Origin: Ramazzottius varieornatus
Lineage: Eukaryota; Animalia; Tardigrada
DNA length: 64,000 nt
NCBI GenBank assembly: GCA_001949185.1
Contig: BDGG01000001.1
Coordinates: 2,683,324-2,747,323 of the forward strand
Reading direction: 5' to 3'
In this document: positions 26,216 through 41,622 of the stretch, one piece after another
Layout of the letters: the number at the start of each line of letters is the position of its first letter
How positions within the stretch are numbered: position 1 is the first letter of the stretch
Position numbers and translations under genes: made by a program
The notes under the pieces: generated by a model
What the model was told of the DNA's origin: nothing
Database searches by the model: none
Seen by the model: the letters and a program-made list of their open reading frames with translations, nothing else

Positions 26216-29200
26216 CTAGCACTGTTGGCGAATAAAATAGCTACTGACTGTCGGACTTGACGAAGCTGAGTGGCTGTGTGAGGCGGACATCTGAGCCAGT
26301 TGCTGTAAACTCCGACCTGAAATTAGAAAAAATTTTAGTAATGTAAGCGGAACGCTTTTGAGTGAAACTAAGACTCCGAACCTGATTCAAGAATGTGATG
26401 AGGAACCGGTGGAAGACTCTGTGGTCGATGTAACAAGCGTTTCTTAACGGCATGCCCATCACCACCTTCAGGGACTTTGCTACTGCTATGAGTCTTATGG
26501 CAAGGGATCGTAATGAGAGACTGAGAATGTTGCAGGACCGGAAGTCGCTTTCGGTTGTCCTTCAGCAGCATACCGCCACCTAGGCCGAACAGGACAGGAG
26601 CAGAAGACCTCGACGGCGAACTGTTCTCACTCGATTCTTCGCGACTGTACGCAGTGTGTCGCATTCCGGTGGTACAGCTACTGGCGCTTCGGTGTCGCTG
26701 ATGGTGGCGTCGTGTGAAAGGCAGTCGAGCTGGCACGCTGGGTATCGCACTAGGAGGATCTTCAGTATCCGAAGTATCGGAAGACGTCTGACTACTTCCA
26801 CTTCCTATAGCGATAAAAAAGTGAACACCCTGGCAGCATAGTAAACCTTCGTTTTCTGTTACATAAAGAGGCCGTAAAGCACCCTCTGCCCTGTTCGGCT
26901 CTACCTGCATACCCGCGAAACATGTTGGACGTACCACCGCGGTGTATGCGGGTACGTTCAAGGCCTTCTGCTTACTTCGCAAGAACCTACATGCTACCGT
27001 ACTATCGTGAAGGAACAGTCTAGTTTATGCAGGTACAGGTGAGAAGTGACACCGTGTTATCAGTCGATAAGGTTGGGCGTATAGGACCTCGAACGCACCT
27101 GATCGAGATCGCTGACGTCTGCATCGATCTATCCTTCGCAGTCTCTCAGGAGACGTTACCGAGCGTTCGCGATCCTTGATGGAGTCGAAGCTCTTGAAGA
27201 AGAAGGCATCGTCCAGCATACCGTCCTCTTCGTCAGCTTCGTCCGGGTTGGCTTCTTCTCTGATCTGGTTCATCCGCAGGTGCGGGGAAGATTTGGTACT
27301 GCTCAACCTACGGCTGGTCGAAGGGCTGTACCGCGGAGAAGCAGTTGCTGGCTTGGCTTTGGCGGGTTCCGCGGGGTCGCTCTTGGGTACTTCGTCTTCT
27401 TCGTCGAGTTCTTCCAACATCTCTGTCACGAATGAGAGGTCCATATTCCGCATTCTTGCGGTAGCACACTTACGAGTTCGGTTACAGCCGGCTGGGTTCA
27501 GGGACTTGGTGTCGGAAGCATCAGAGGCGGATGTAGCACCGAAGTGAGTCGATGCCGGAATGAGCTCCTCTTCCTCGAAGTGGGTCTTTGGCAGTTCGTT
27601 ACGCAGGATTCGTTCTGCTAGCAGATAGTAAGTTGCGGTGATGTTGTTGTACTCATCACCCATTAGAGCTCTAAAGAAAACGGTGAGTTAGGAGGACCCA
27701 GAATTAGTGCTAAAAGTCGGCCAACCAAACAGCCAATATTCCACCACCTGCATACTTCCCGCCGCACGTCTGCGATGGGATCCTAGTATGCAGGTCAGCG
27801 AAGAACCAGGGACTCTGCCTGTCCCTTCCCTCATTTACTTGGTAATATCATTCTCTGTCGCTATATGGTCTCTCTGTTGTTTATGGTTATTTCAAGAGCT
27901 TATGAGACTAGCGCGTGGTGGCTGTGTTAACTCACTGGCTGATTTCATCGCAGCTCTCGGCTGCACCCCCGCCCACCATACTTTGCAGGATCCATTCGTG
28001 AGCGTCATCACAAATATCACGATGCGCCACCAGCGGCGAGCATGGGGAAATGGTGGAATAACTGATGGCAATGTGGCCGGGAGAGCCACAGTCGAGCGTG
28101 TCGGATGACTGCGGTGAGAGCAAGGAAATGTCTTGTAGCATCCACGGATGCTGACGTATCTCCGGCAATGTGGAACGATCTGCCGGCTTCCTGACGAGCA
28201 TGCATGCGATCAGTCTGCCAAGGACAAAAAAGCTATTCCGTCATTTGACAGGCTACATTAAAACAGAATAAAAAAGAGATTGACTCACGAAGCGCAGGAA
28301 GGGGATATGGTCGCCGGCAAGACATATCGACAGTCCATTATGGCAGAGATGGTTTCGGAATCACTCACTTCCGTGAATGGCGGTCTTCCACAAACCATCA
28401 CGTAAAGGAGAATCCCTAATCCCCAAACATCTGCAAAATAACAAAACATGAGACGTATATATCAACAACAAAGCAGCCATATCAACTATTATTCAAACCA
28501 TCCTATTTTCTTTGTTGACTTATCCACAATATTCTGCTAATTTAGGGTCGATGATTACGTGAAAGAAACCTGTCTCCAGAACCCGGCATGTTTTTCGTCA
28601 TGTTTTTCGATGTGCTTATTCATTCGATGAACTGGCGCCATTATGGTCGACGTCGTCTGTTATCAACGAACAGACAACCGGCTCGTTATAATAATTTGAC
28701 TTTCTGATGTGTTGATGAGTCTCTCCCGCCATGTTTGTTTCATTGTTCCGCATCACGGGGGTCGCTGTCGCAATGGGAATTCTCTTGAAGCAAAGTCAAG
28801 AAATTCCTTTGACGCCTGCGCAATATGTTGCAGAATGAATCAATGTCAGTGCCGAGTAAATTACCGCCCTAAGGAGACTTGCGTATTGAAATTTAATGTA
28901 TAATATTATACCGACATCTCCTTGTCTCCAAGTCTATCAAGTGCTATCGGAATAATTTCACGCGCCGATATGGTATCTCATCCGACGCTACGGCATTTCA
29001 ATGTATCATCGATCGTGCTGATTGTCGCCCGCGATACAAATCAGAATTTTCCATTGGTCATTAGCACGCGGAAACGCGAGCGCCGAGCATGCCGACACCG
29101 AATGGCATAATCTCTCCGCTCACGACAGGATTGCGACGAAATAACTTAAAAGTCACGCTCGCCATGCGAGAGCGTCGTGATGGAAAACTCCCTCCGCAGA

Positions 29201-30742
29201 TTTTCCTTCTACGGCTCTAACGACCCATCCAGTCTCTTTCCCTCATGCTTCTTGATCCTCTCCATACGCACAACAAACGTGTGGAATCAGTCCCTGTACT
29301 CGGTCCGTCAACATCGAGGTGTAACCCGAGAACCCAACCCTTGCTCGGTTTTCCCGTTTGGAAAGAAGCCGTCGGCGTAGGCCGAGAATGCAATTGTGTA
29401 ATTTGTTGCGTCAATCAGAGATGTGCCCATATCACCATAATGAAAGTGTTTTAAATGACCATTGACGTGGGTATTTTTGAGTGTGTAATGAGAGAGGTTG
29501 AAGACAGATGCGTGGGGGGAGGGGAAGCATCCATCAACAACCAGCGCAATGTGTTCTTGAATGGATAAAAATAAACTTCATTCACGAAGTTTCTAGCTGA
29601 GCTTTTCAAAGTCTGCCTGTTGCACTTTGGCGTGTATGCTTACGCTGCTTTTCCTAGAAATATACCGGTACACGTACTTCATAGATGAGTATCGCGGAAG
29701 CTTTTTGGAGGAGAGTGTTACACGTACCAACAGCGGGTCCGTCGTAGTTTTTCCCAAAAAGTATCTCGGGCGAAGAGTAGCGCAAGGAGCCACAGGAAGT
29801 CTCCAGGCGAGTGCCTGGACGACAGAACTGCCCAAAGCCAAAGTCCGTCAGCTTCATGGTGCGTGACTTGCGGAAGACCAAAACATTTTCTGGCTTCAGA
29901 TCGCGGTGGACAAAGTGTAATTGGTGGCAGAAGTCAACTGCACCCGCAATTTGTTTGAAGTAATGACGAGCTGTCTTCTCCGACATGGCCTTCTCATTCT
30001 TCAACATGTAATCGTACAGGTCGCCTCCATCCGCCAGTTCCAGAACGAGAAACCTACAGCCAGACGTAACTTTATTGTGTCGTTATCGGTGAATTGCGAA
30101 AGACATGGGGCAAAGGTCCAAAAGGAACATCAAACAAAAACATCACAAGACTGAATTTGTTCCCCAAGTGCGGTTGATGGTTGGTCGTAAGGTAGAAGAC
30201 GTACTGACGCTGTAAGTGTGCACGGCAGTAGAAAACGAGCCCGCCAATGCGTGAAAATTTTAACCAAACGGCTTACTTATTATTGAATTTCGGTTCTATT
30301 GATAATTCAATTTCGCTGACAAAGTCTATCATGATCCTCCAGCCAAATTTGAGAAGTCAGAAGTAACTTACAAGGTGGAAGGTGTATCGATGATTTCGTA
30401 CAGTCGGACAATGTTGGGATGACGAAGTAGACGCATACAGTTAACTTCTTGAAGGAGTTGTGATTTCCCGTTGTCGTCCAGCTTGGTCTTGTCCATAATT
30501 TTGACGGCGACTTCTTCGCCACTAAAGACATGGACAGCCTGCTTGACGGTGGCAAAGTTCCCTCTCCCTAGCACGTGAAGAAGATCGTAACATCCCATGG
30601 CCGTATTTCCGCATTTCGACGTGACTTTTTGGGGATCACGGATGACGCTGGTGGTGGAATTTCTCCTCATCGGAGGCAGTACTCCTTCAGCGACATTTTC
30701 CTCCTGGGTGGACAGGGAACAGAAGTCTGGATCGGATATCAT
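26216..30742 (-). CDS. SNRK: SNF-related serine/threonine kinase (AMPK-related) with UBA domain
   Basis: [63 protein letters not shown]-typical [11 protein letters not shown] and UBA end [17 protein letters not shown]. Last exon inferred to end ...FIRQQC*. Confidence 0.92.
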
Positions 30743-31007
30743 GGTGACCGAAGGTGGACGGAAACGCTCTAGCGTAAACAGGAACTCGGGAGGTAGATCA
30801 GATTGGAATTACGTCGCTCATTTTGCAGTCGACGACAAGAGTTTGAATGAAATGATTTCAATGGAAAATTGCACTGTCTCTCTGTCTGACAAGCTGTGTG
30901 TTTGGCACACAGCTTGTCAGCGACCACGCTGAGTGTATGCTTAGTGAGTCATGCTTAGTATCCTTACGGGGTAAGCTTACTAGTACGTCATACTCATTCG
31001 GTACAAA

Positions 31008-31195
31008 CGGCCAGAGCCCGGCCGAGCCAGGCCGCGCCCAGGACCTTTTGACGTCGCCCGGACAAAAATCTCAGTTGATTGACGGTTTTGATTGTGTGTG
31101 TCGGTATATCATTACGATCGGCGAATCGATCCAAACGAANTTTTNTTGACGTNTAAAAGTCNTGGGNGCGGCCTAGCTCGGCCAGGCTCTAACCG
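31008..31195. mobile_element. Short inverted-repeat (MITE-like) element
   Basis: ~48-bp GC-rich imperfect inverted repeats at 31008-31055 (CGGCCAGAGCCCGGCCGAGCCAGGCCGCGCCCAGG...) and 31148-31195; contains scattered Ns. Confidence 0.6.
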
Positions 31196-31577
31196 GCTTG
31201 ATTTCTCATTTTGCCGGCCTTCCAACCTGTCCCATAATTTCTCGTCGTACGTGTACGGTACTTCACACGGCGTTCTTCCTGGTGCGGCCTCAGCAAGTGT
31301 CTGGAGCACGAAGTCCACTGTTCACCTAAATGGATGCAAAATGGGGGAAAGTTTTGAGAAATCGTGTCTTCCTGTTAGTGGCTGGTGTCAGAAGAAATAA
31401 TTGTGACGACCTGCAAAAGTGCAGGTTCCCGAGGCGGCCTATAGTGTAGGAGCGGGCAACGAGAAACCTTCGTTGTTTGTTCGCATTGTCTCTTCTACTG
31501 TCTTGAAATTCTGGAGTTGGTCCAACAGTTCAACTACCGAAATTGACCATACCAAAATCGGTTCAACGCTTATCAAG

Positions 31578-31643
31578 CCAGATATATAGAAAACTTTGCA
31601 GTCTTGTGTCAGCATCCCCACAGATTCATAGAAAGCGAACTTC
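31578..31643 (-). pseudogene. Degenerate duplicated fragment of the neighbouring CBM14 gene
   Basis: Shares TAGAAAACTTTGCAGTC and flanks with 32491-32546; translates QDCKVFYI with indels. Confidence 0.6.
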
Positions 31644-32032
31644 ATGAGCTATAACATATCTGGGCCTGGACTCAGGGCTGCTCTATAAATTCGACAGTGA
31701 CTGCTGTTACAAGAAATACTGTAAGTGGCGACCTGCAACAGTGCGGGTTCCCGAAGTCCCGAAAAGGCCTCGGCGCTGGAATCGATTTTACAACCGAGTT
31801 CAAACGGGATCTGAGCTTTACTGTTTCGAAATACGTCATTCTGTTTCATCCATACAAAATTCAGACGAAATAAAGGGGTTACAGATCCTTATGGGTGAAG
31901 GATTTGGTCAAACGTCCGGATTCACTGTTTCAAGATCGCTGTGCACCAAAGGATGGTAATTCGGGCACCATCATATCACAATTTGTACAAAATTAAGTCG
32001 AGAACTGGTTTCTTAAAAGGTCCTTTAACTAT

Positions 32033-32878
32033 CTAGTAGCTCTTTCCACCATAGCTGTCACCTCCGTAGCTCGAGCCACCGTAGCTTGAACCGCCGTATG
32101 AGCCTCCGTAGTTCGATTTACCATATCCACCTTCATACTGCAAAGCAAAAGGATGGTAGACCAGAGATCTTCGTATAGGTTCGAGTCTCGGTTTTAGTCA
32201 AGACGGATACTTACGGTGTCCAGAGGGTTGCAACCGTTGTCAACTTTGAAGTGCCAATCGCAGATACCTTCGGCCGAAAAACAGATTAGACGAAAACAAC
32301 GGCATTTTGTCATGTCCGGTGCCGGGGTACTCGGTCAAACTGTACCTAAATAGTTGTTGAAGCGAGTCCATTTCGGGCATCGGAAAGTGTCGGTGCGACC
32401 GTCGCTCTAATACACGAAAGAAACATGATGTACGCAGTTTTCCGGTTACAATTCTCACTAAAGTATATCAGGATGATTTCCAAGGTACCTGGCAGATGTA
32501 GAAAACTTTGCAGTCCTGTTGAGCATCACCGTAGAAAGCAGGCTTCTTTCCGGCACACTGGAAGTCGTATCCACCGTACGTTTCAGGTCCGTAGTATCCG
32601 GGTCCCTTCTCGTTACCGTAACTTTGCTTGTTATATCCGTAGTTGGGTTGCTCGTATCCACCGCCATATCCACCACCATAGTTGGACTCGCTACCGTAAC
32701 TTCCGTATTCGCTAGCCGCTGCCTGGCCGGCGTCTCCGGCGTTCACATTGTCCACAGCCGAAGCCGCGACATCGGTATCAGCGCGCCCCTCGGCCTGCTT
32801 ACTGTTCTTCGTGCTAGCAGCGTTGGAAAGGACGACACAGGTGGCCAGAAAAGCGAGTACGACACTGGAGGATACCAT
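32033..32878 (-). CDS. Secreted chitin-binding peritrophin-A (CBM14/ChtBD2) cuticular protein with Gly/Tyr-rich repeats
   Basis: Signal peptide; six-Cys domain FQCAGKKPAFYGDAQQDCKVFYICQ-SDGRTDTFRCPKWTRFNNYL-GICDWHFKVDNGC; C-terminal SYGG repeats; 4 exons. Confidence 0.9.
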
Positions 32879-32937
32879 GTTGGCGGATAAAGGTTGTTAA
32901 ATCCACCTGGGATGGAAGTAAAACTGAGTAAATGAAT

Positions 32938-32973
32938 TGGATGAGACCAGTTGGAACCGGAAAGCCCTTTATA
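32938..32973 (-). promoter_or_regulatory. TATA box (TATAAA, 32973-32968) with an Inr-like TCATCC ~30 nt downstream
   Basis: Canonical spacing, ~95 nt upstream of the CBM14 gene ATG. Confidence 0.5.
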
Positions 32974-34111
32974 CTGCGACTCTTTACTGATCTTACAGCA
33001 TAACTGACGTGCAAACCAAAAGTACCATTGTCTTTGTAGACTTTTTATCGCTTCTTTTTGTTCATGCTGATGCTGTAAAAAGCCAGAGCAGCAGTGGTGA
33101 GTTGCAGGTAAAGTCCGTGCTTTGACCCAAGCGCGAAAGTGTCGTGAGGGAATCAGAGTGTGAAGAGCTCTGCAAGAGCCAACTGGTCAATCAAACTCGC
33201 GCACCAGCAACTATTGGTTACCTCATTCCTGCAAGCTGGTTACAGGTACCTGACCAGGCAGCACCACCTGTTAATCAGAACAGACGAACGGGAGCAGACT
33301 CATGTAATTAGGCATTACCGTGGTAATTAAGTTTAATTGCTACAATCGTAAAGTGTCACCCACGACCACGTCGACCAGTGCCACCAGCGTAAAAGGGTGC
33401 TGTCGTAGTACCACGAACCGACAGGACGTACAACTTCCTCGTTCGATCATCCAGTCCGCAATGGATCAACAGATGGTCTCGATATCTCTACCACGAACCG
33501 TACTTAAGATGGTCTGTTCCACCGGCATCAGTGTGGCTCTTCGGTCTCACAGATCAATTCGGTGTATCTGCAGCGAATGTCTCGTCCGAAACCCGTCCTT
33601 CTGTTTGAAAGTTGTTTCATCCGAAATCCTGTTTGTGAGCTTTCATTGCATACTAAGAGAAGTCGAAAGACTGGGATTGCTGACGAACGGTTACCATGTG
33701 TAAGAAGGGGCGTAATATTAGCCAAAAAACCCGAAATATGTGAAGTGCACTGATTTTATCGGCCCACAAAGGCGCTCGTTGGAGTTTGATGGAACATTTT
33801 TTCTCCCAGCTCGATAGTTCGTCAGACGACTTACTGGTACAACAGACAATGACAAATGGCCTCCCTTTCGCAAAGCGCAGACAAGACGACATCTAAACAC
33901 AAGGTATAAAACTTCCAAATGAAACACCACAGCTCGATGATCATACACAGCACAAAGACTACGAGTACGATCCTACAGCAGACGAAGACACAATGTACGG
34001 CCATTTTAAGCTCTTTTGTCGACGGTAACGATGAAGAAAGATATGTCACGATTACAAAAACTATGATGGGAAACTACCCGAAACTTGGATTCGTCTCTTG
34101 GTCTAAGGGTT

Positions 34112-37135
<3,024 letters not shown>

Positions 37136-38102
37136 GGTCAACACAAAGCTGTGCGTATCACAGATAAAAAAGGAATCAAAAATTTAATCTGCAAAGATAC
37201 AGCATACTCAGGCACGTTAGGGAATGAAGAGACGACCAAGAAATAGTACTTACACTGGTAAAATAGAAAGATCACAGGATGGGCATGCTTCAAATCGAGC
37301 AGCGCCGTAACGACTTTGCTGAGGAGCACTGAGCAGGACCAAGGAACAATTCAACAGGACATTCTACAACGTGAATAAAAAATAAAAATTTCTTCTTCAA
37401 GGATACAACTAGTTTTCCGTGCGAGTAAATGAACGTGCAAGACACGGCTTGAACGCTGGGGAAGAGAGCAATCTCCGAGAGCAATCTTCCGACCGAGGTT
37501 TCGGGCTCGACAACACAAAGAAAAATAGCTAACACCACACGTTTCCTAACACTGCTCACTGTAGTACACTGTAGTGAGAGAGCTCTGGTACTTTCGTGAT
37601 AAGCTCGGGGGAGTAAGTCGACTCGTAAACGTTGCACAGCCGTAGCGGATCCAAAATGGCCAGAAAAACCGAGAACGATTTTCGAACAAACAATGGAAAA
37701 AAATACAAGAATGAATTTTGCGAAAACAATTTTTTCCAGCGACCGGAACGAAGTCGGTCCGCATAGCTTGAAGACTGGCTCAAACCGCCCAAACCAAAAA
37801 TCCTCGACAGCACGGGATCGACTTCAAGTTGTTCGAATCGCTGACGGTAAACTTTAGAACAACCCTGTGTACCGATCGGCACCAAACGTGGCATGAATCG
37901 GCCCAAACCAACCAAACCAAAATTCATTTCGGACAGGCGCTGTGGTAGTTTTGGCTTGGTACGCATTTGCAGTTTAACGAGCAGCCGGAACCGGAAGTTC
38001 TGTCGTCCACGTTGCTCGTGGAGTAAATTCAATGTTGTAGGTACCTCGATCTTCTCCTCAAGATTGCTCGGCGGTCGCATTTGTCGCGGAAGCGTAAAAA
38101 AA

Positions 38103-39625
38103 ATGACTAGACGTGCGTTCTACAGTCGTCTGCTTGCAGCCGTCGCATTGGGCTACGTTCTCGCCGATGAATCCGCGAAGGGAGCCCAGAATGAGCAGTG
38201 TTCCTCGTATCCACAAGGAAACGTCTACCCTGGTAAGTGCGACCCCGTCCTGGCATACTGTTTTTGTTGGTTGCAGTACATAACAAACAATTCGATTTCT
38301 ATACATGCAATGGACACCTGGGTATTAATGATGTTGCAGGGGGACGCAGTTTCTGGGAGCATTCGCTGTCCGGAAGTAAAGCTCAAAGTACGCAGCTAGA
38401 ATTCCTAACAAGGTTCTGAAGAATGTAAAGTGGAAGATTGAGAGCATCTTTATTATTCACCAATCTACCACGGAATGCCGTCTCAACCTTGCTTATTATT
38501 TTTTAGTTGGAAAACCCGCTCCACCTTTCAAAGGGATTACGGGAGTTTTCGACCAGGAATTCAAGTGCGCGATGATTCGGGCTTTGTGGATTATGAATTT
38601 TTGATATCCAGTTAGCCACCTGTTTGAATTTCGAAGTTTCCGTTCAATTTTGCTTGACTTCAATTCTTGGTTTTAGGGAGGTCAGCCTGAGCGACTACAA
38701 GGGAAAATACGTCATCCTGCTGTTCTATCCATTGGACTTCACATTTGTAGGTTGCACCGAGATCTTCGCTGAGGTGGAGCCCTTATCTGCATAACAATAT
38801 GCGGGTGCTTTCCGCAGGTTTGCCCAACCGAGATTACCGCGTTCTCTGATAGCATATCCAAGTTCAAATCTTTGAATACTGAAGTCTTGGCATTATCGGT
38901 GGACTCTCAATATACCCATCTCGCATGGTAAGGGACTCAGAACTCATCTTTCTGACGTAGTGCCTAACAAGGTGATACCTACAGAAATTTGTTCGCATAT
39001 TCAGGGTGAAGACGCCACGAAGCGAGGGAGGTCTTGGACCCGTGAAAATTCCGCTGCTGTCCGACTTAACGCACCAGGTTTGTGGGAAACCAGTCGGACT
39101 CTAATTTACCTGATTAGTCCACAGTGCAGTCATCATTTCTGTTGTACGACAGGTCTCGAAAGACTACGGAGTTTACCTAGAGGATGCTGGACATACTCTT
39201 CGAGGGCTCTTCATTATTGACGCCAACGGCATTCTTCGACAGATCACCATTAACGACCTGCCCGTCGGTCGATCCGTAAATGAAACTATCCGTCTTGTCC
39301 AGGCATTCCAGCACACCGATACAAACGGCGAAGTGTGCCCGTAAGTTCTTCCACTTCACCTGCAGTCGAAGCTACAGGACCTATGTTGACCTTCGACATG
39401 ACGGTCCGTGCGGCTAAATTCATGACGTTCCATCTACTGTCACACGTTTCCTTCCGTAGGTGCAACTGGCAACCCGGAAGTGACTCCATTCGGCCCACAC
39501 CCACCGACAAGTTGGAGTACTTCAAGAAGCACCCCGGCGCAGACGAAGCCAAGAACACCAAGGATGACAAGAGGACCAGCACGAAGGACGATAAGACGCC
39601 TGGCGCCACGAAAGCTGACTTGTAG
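38103..39625 (+). CDS. PRDX4: Peroxiredoxin-4 (ER/secretory typical 2-Cys peroxiredoxin)
   Basis: Signal peptide and Prx4-type N-terminus ([11 protein letters not shown]), [50 protein letters not shown] motif; ends ...TKADL*. Confidence 0.95.
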
Positions 39626-39996
39626 GGTTCGCTGTACGAGAACATAACCAACCAGTTTTATGAACATGATTCTGATTTTCGTTTCACACTCTCAACCAAT
39701 TCCATGCCTTTCCCCTCACCGACATCGTTTTCTACAATTTTTTTCCACTGATTAATTCCATAGCATGCAATACCTGTGGGAGTGGGCATTCTCCACGTTT
39801 TTCTGCGGCCGTTCGTAAATGTTCGTACACGAACGACGTGAGATTATGGGCCAGTAAAAATTACGGACCAGGCCCTTTCGCTACGGCGGCACGAGCAGGT
39901 GATTCTTGCTACAAGTGAAAATCAACATCGAAGGCTGGACTGCTGTACGCGCGTGTTGGATATTGGCCCGAAGAGCTAAAGCTTATCATATTTATT

Positions 39997-40221
39997 GTCT
40001 TCCGTAAACGAGATATCACTGACGAGTTTGCCATTCAGCAAAATACCGATATATTGAAAATATATCGATATGGCGCAATACGATATCGCCGAATATTTTA
40101 TTGCATTATTCTATATGAGCTTCATATCGATATTTTCGATACGATACCTACCGCATATTTTACCGAAAAGATTCGCTATATTTCGATACGATATCGGTAT
40201 ACCGTATCGCTGCCAGCACTA
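39997..40221. mobile_element. Partial inverted copy of the adjacent GATATC/ATCGAT-rich MITE
   Basis: Imperfect reverse complement of 40248-40524. Confidence 0.75.
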
Positions 40222-40247
40222 ACTATTGGACCTTTCGGGGTATCTAC

Positions 40248-40913
40248 TAGTGCTGGCAACGATACGGTATATCGATATCGTATCGAAATATGTCGCATCT
40301 TTGCGATAAAATATGCGGCAGATATCGCATTGAAAATATCGCTATGAAGCTCATATCGAGTAACGCAGTAAANNNNNNNNNNNNNNNNNNNNNNNNNNNN
40401 NNNNNNNNNNNNNNNNNNNNNNAAATATTCGGCGATATCGTATCGCGCCATATCGAAATATTTTCGATATATCGGTATCTTGCTGAATGGCAAACTCGTC
40501 AGAGATATCTCGTTTACGGAAGACCATAGGTTAATTTCGAAGATTTGATTTTGGCCATGGTGTACCGAGCACACTCCGCCCATTCGGTTCTGGTACTAAT
40601 TCTGTCCAGGTTTCCATGTGTTTGAAGTCTTGGTATAGTCATGTCTTTGCTGCATCCGACGCTCTCGATCTTAATGATACGTTGTGTGGAAATCGGCTTC
40701 TTGAGTTTTTAGGCTTGAACCAGTGGAATTCCAAAAGACTAAAATCCCAGAAATATCGATCAGATATGATATAATATATGGAAGATACGGTATCGGAAAA
40801 ATATCATATCGAAATATTGATATCGAATGAGTATCGAAGACCGCAATAAGATATCCGCCGATATTGGATGGAAAAATATCGTATCGGACTTTATCGAATC
40901 TTTGCCAGCGCTA
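40248..40913. mobile_element. MITE, TA-flanked (Tc1/mariner-type), rich in GATATC/ATCGAT
   Basis: Termini TA-GTGCTGGCAA ... TTGCCAGCGC-TA; no credible coding ORF; includes N gap 40373-40422. Confidence 0.7.
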
Positions 40914-41622
40914 CTAAAGCCCTTAAATTGGGGTAAACTATGGCAAGCCTGAGCTTATGGCGGAAGATCCAAGAGAAATTTCTTGGCACCGAAAGTGGTC
41001 TCTACAACAAGTCATCCGTTGTACGTGCAGGCAGAGTGCATTACTGTACCCTGTTGATCGTGCAGTGCCGTCAAGTGGTACTATCAACAGGGTTATCAAT
41101 TCCGTATTCATAAATACGCCAAAACCTTCGAATGATTAGTACAGAGTTGATTGATCAAATCCAGAATCACGACCCATGACTCATCAGAAACTTGGAAAAA
41201 TTCGTCAAAAGANNNNNNNNNNNNNNNNNNNNNNNNNNNNNNNNNNNNNNNNNNNNNNNNNNNNNNNNNNNNNNNNNNNNNNNNNNNNNATCAGAGGAAA
41301 CTCGAGCTCCAGACAGCACGATCCTTTAGTCAGGATGATTTTCTGATTTTTCTAATTCTTCCAACGAAGTTTTCCAAGTTTTTGATGAGTCATGGGTCGT
41401 GATTTCGAATTTGATCAATCAACTCTGTACTAATCATGCGAAGATTTTGGCGTATTTCTGAAGACGGAATTGATAGCTCTGTTGATAGTACCACTTGACG
41501 GCACCGCACGATCAACGGGGTACAGTAATGCACTCTGCCTGCACGTACAACGGATGACTTATGGTAGAGACCACTTTCGGTGCCAAGAAATTTCTCTTTG
41601 ATCTTCCGCCAGGCTTGCCACA

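Noticed and set aside
37556-38080. 174-aa ORF between DDX6 and Prx4
   Set aside because: Overlaps the presumed bidirectional promoter/5' UTR; no domain features.
40054-40583. ORFs or CRISPR-like array in the GATATC-rich repeat
   Set aside because: ORFs are low-complexity products of a palindromic MITE; there is no repeat-spacer periodicity and no cas gene.
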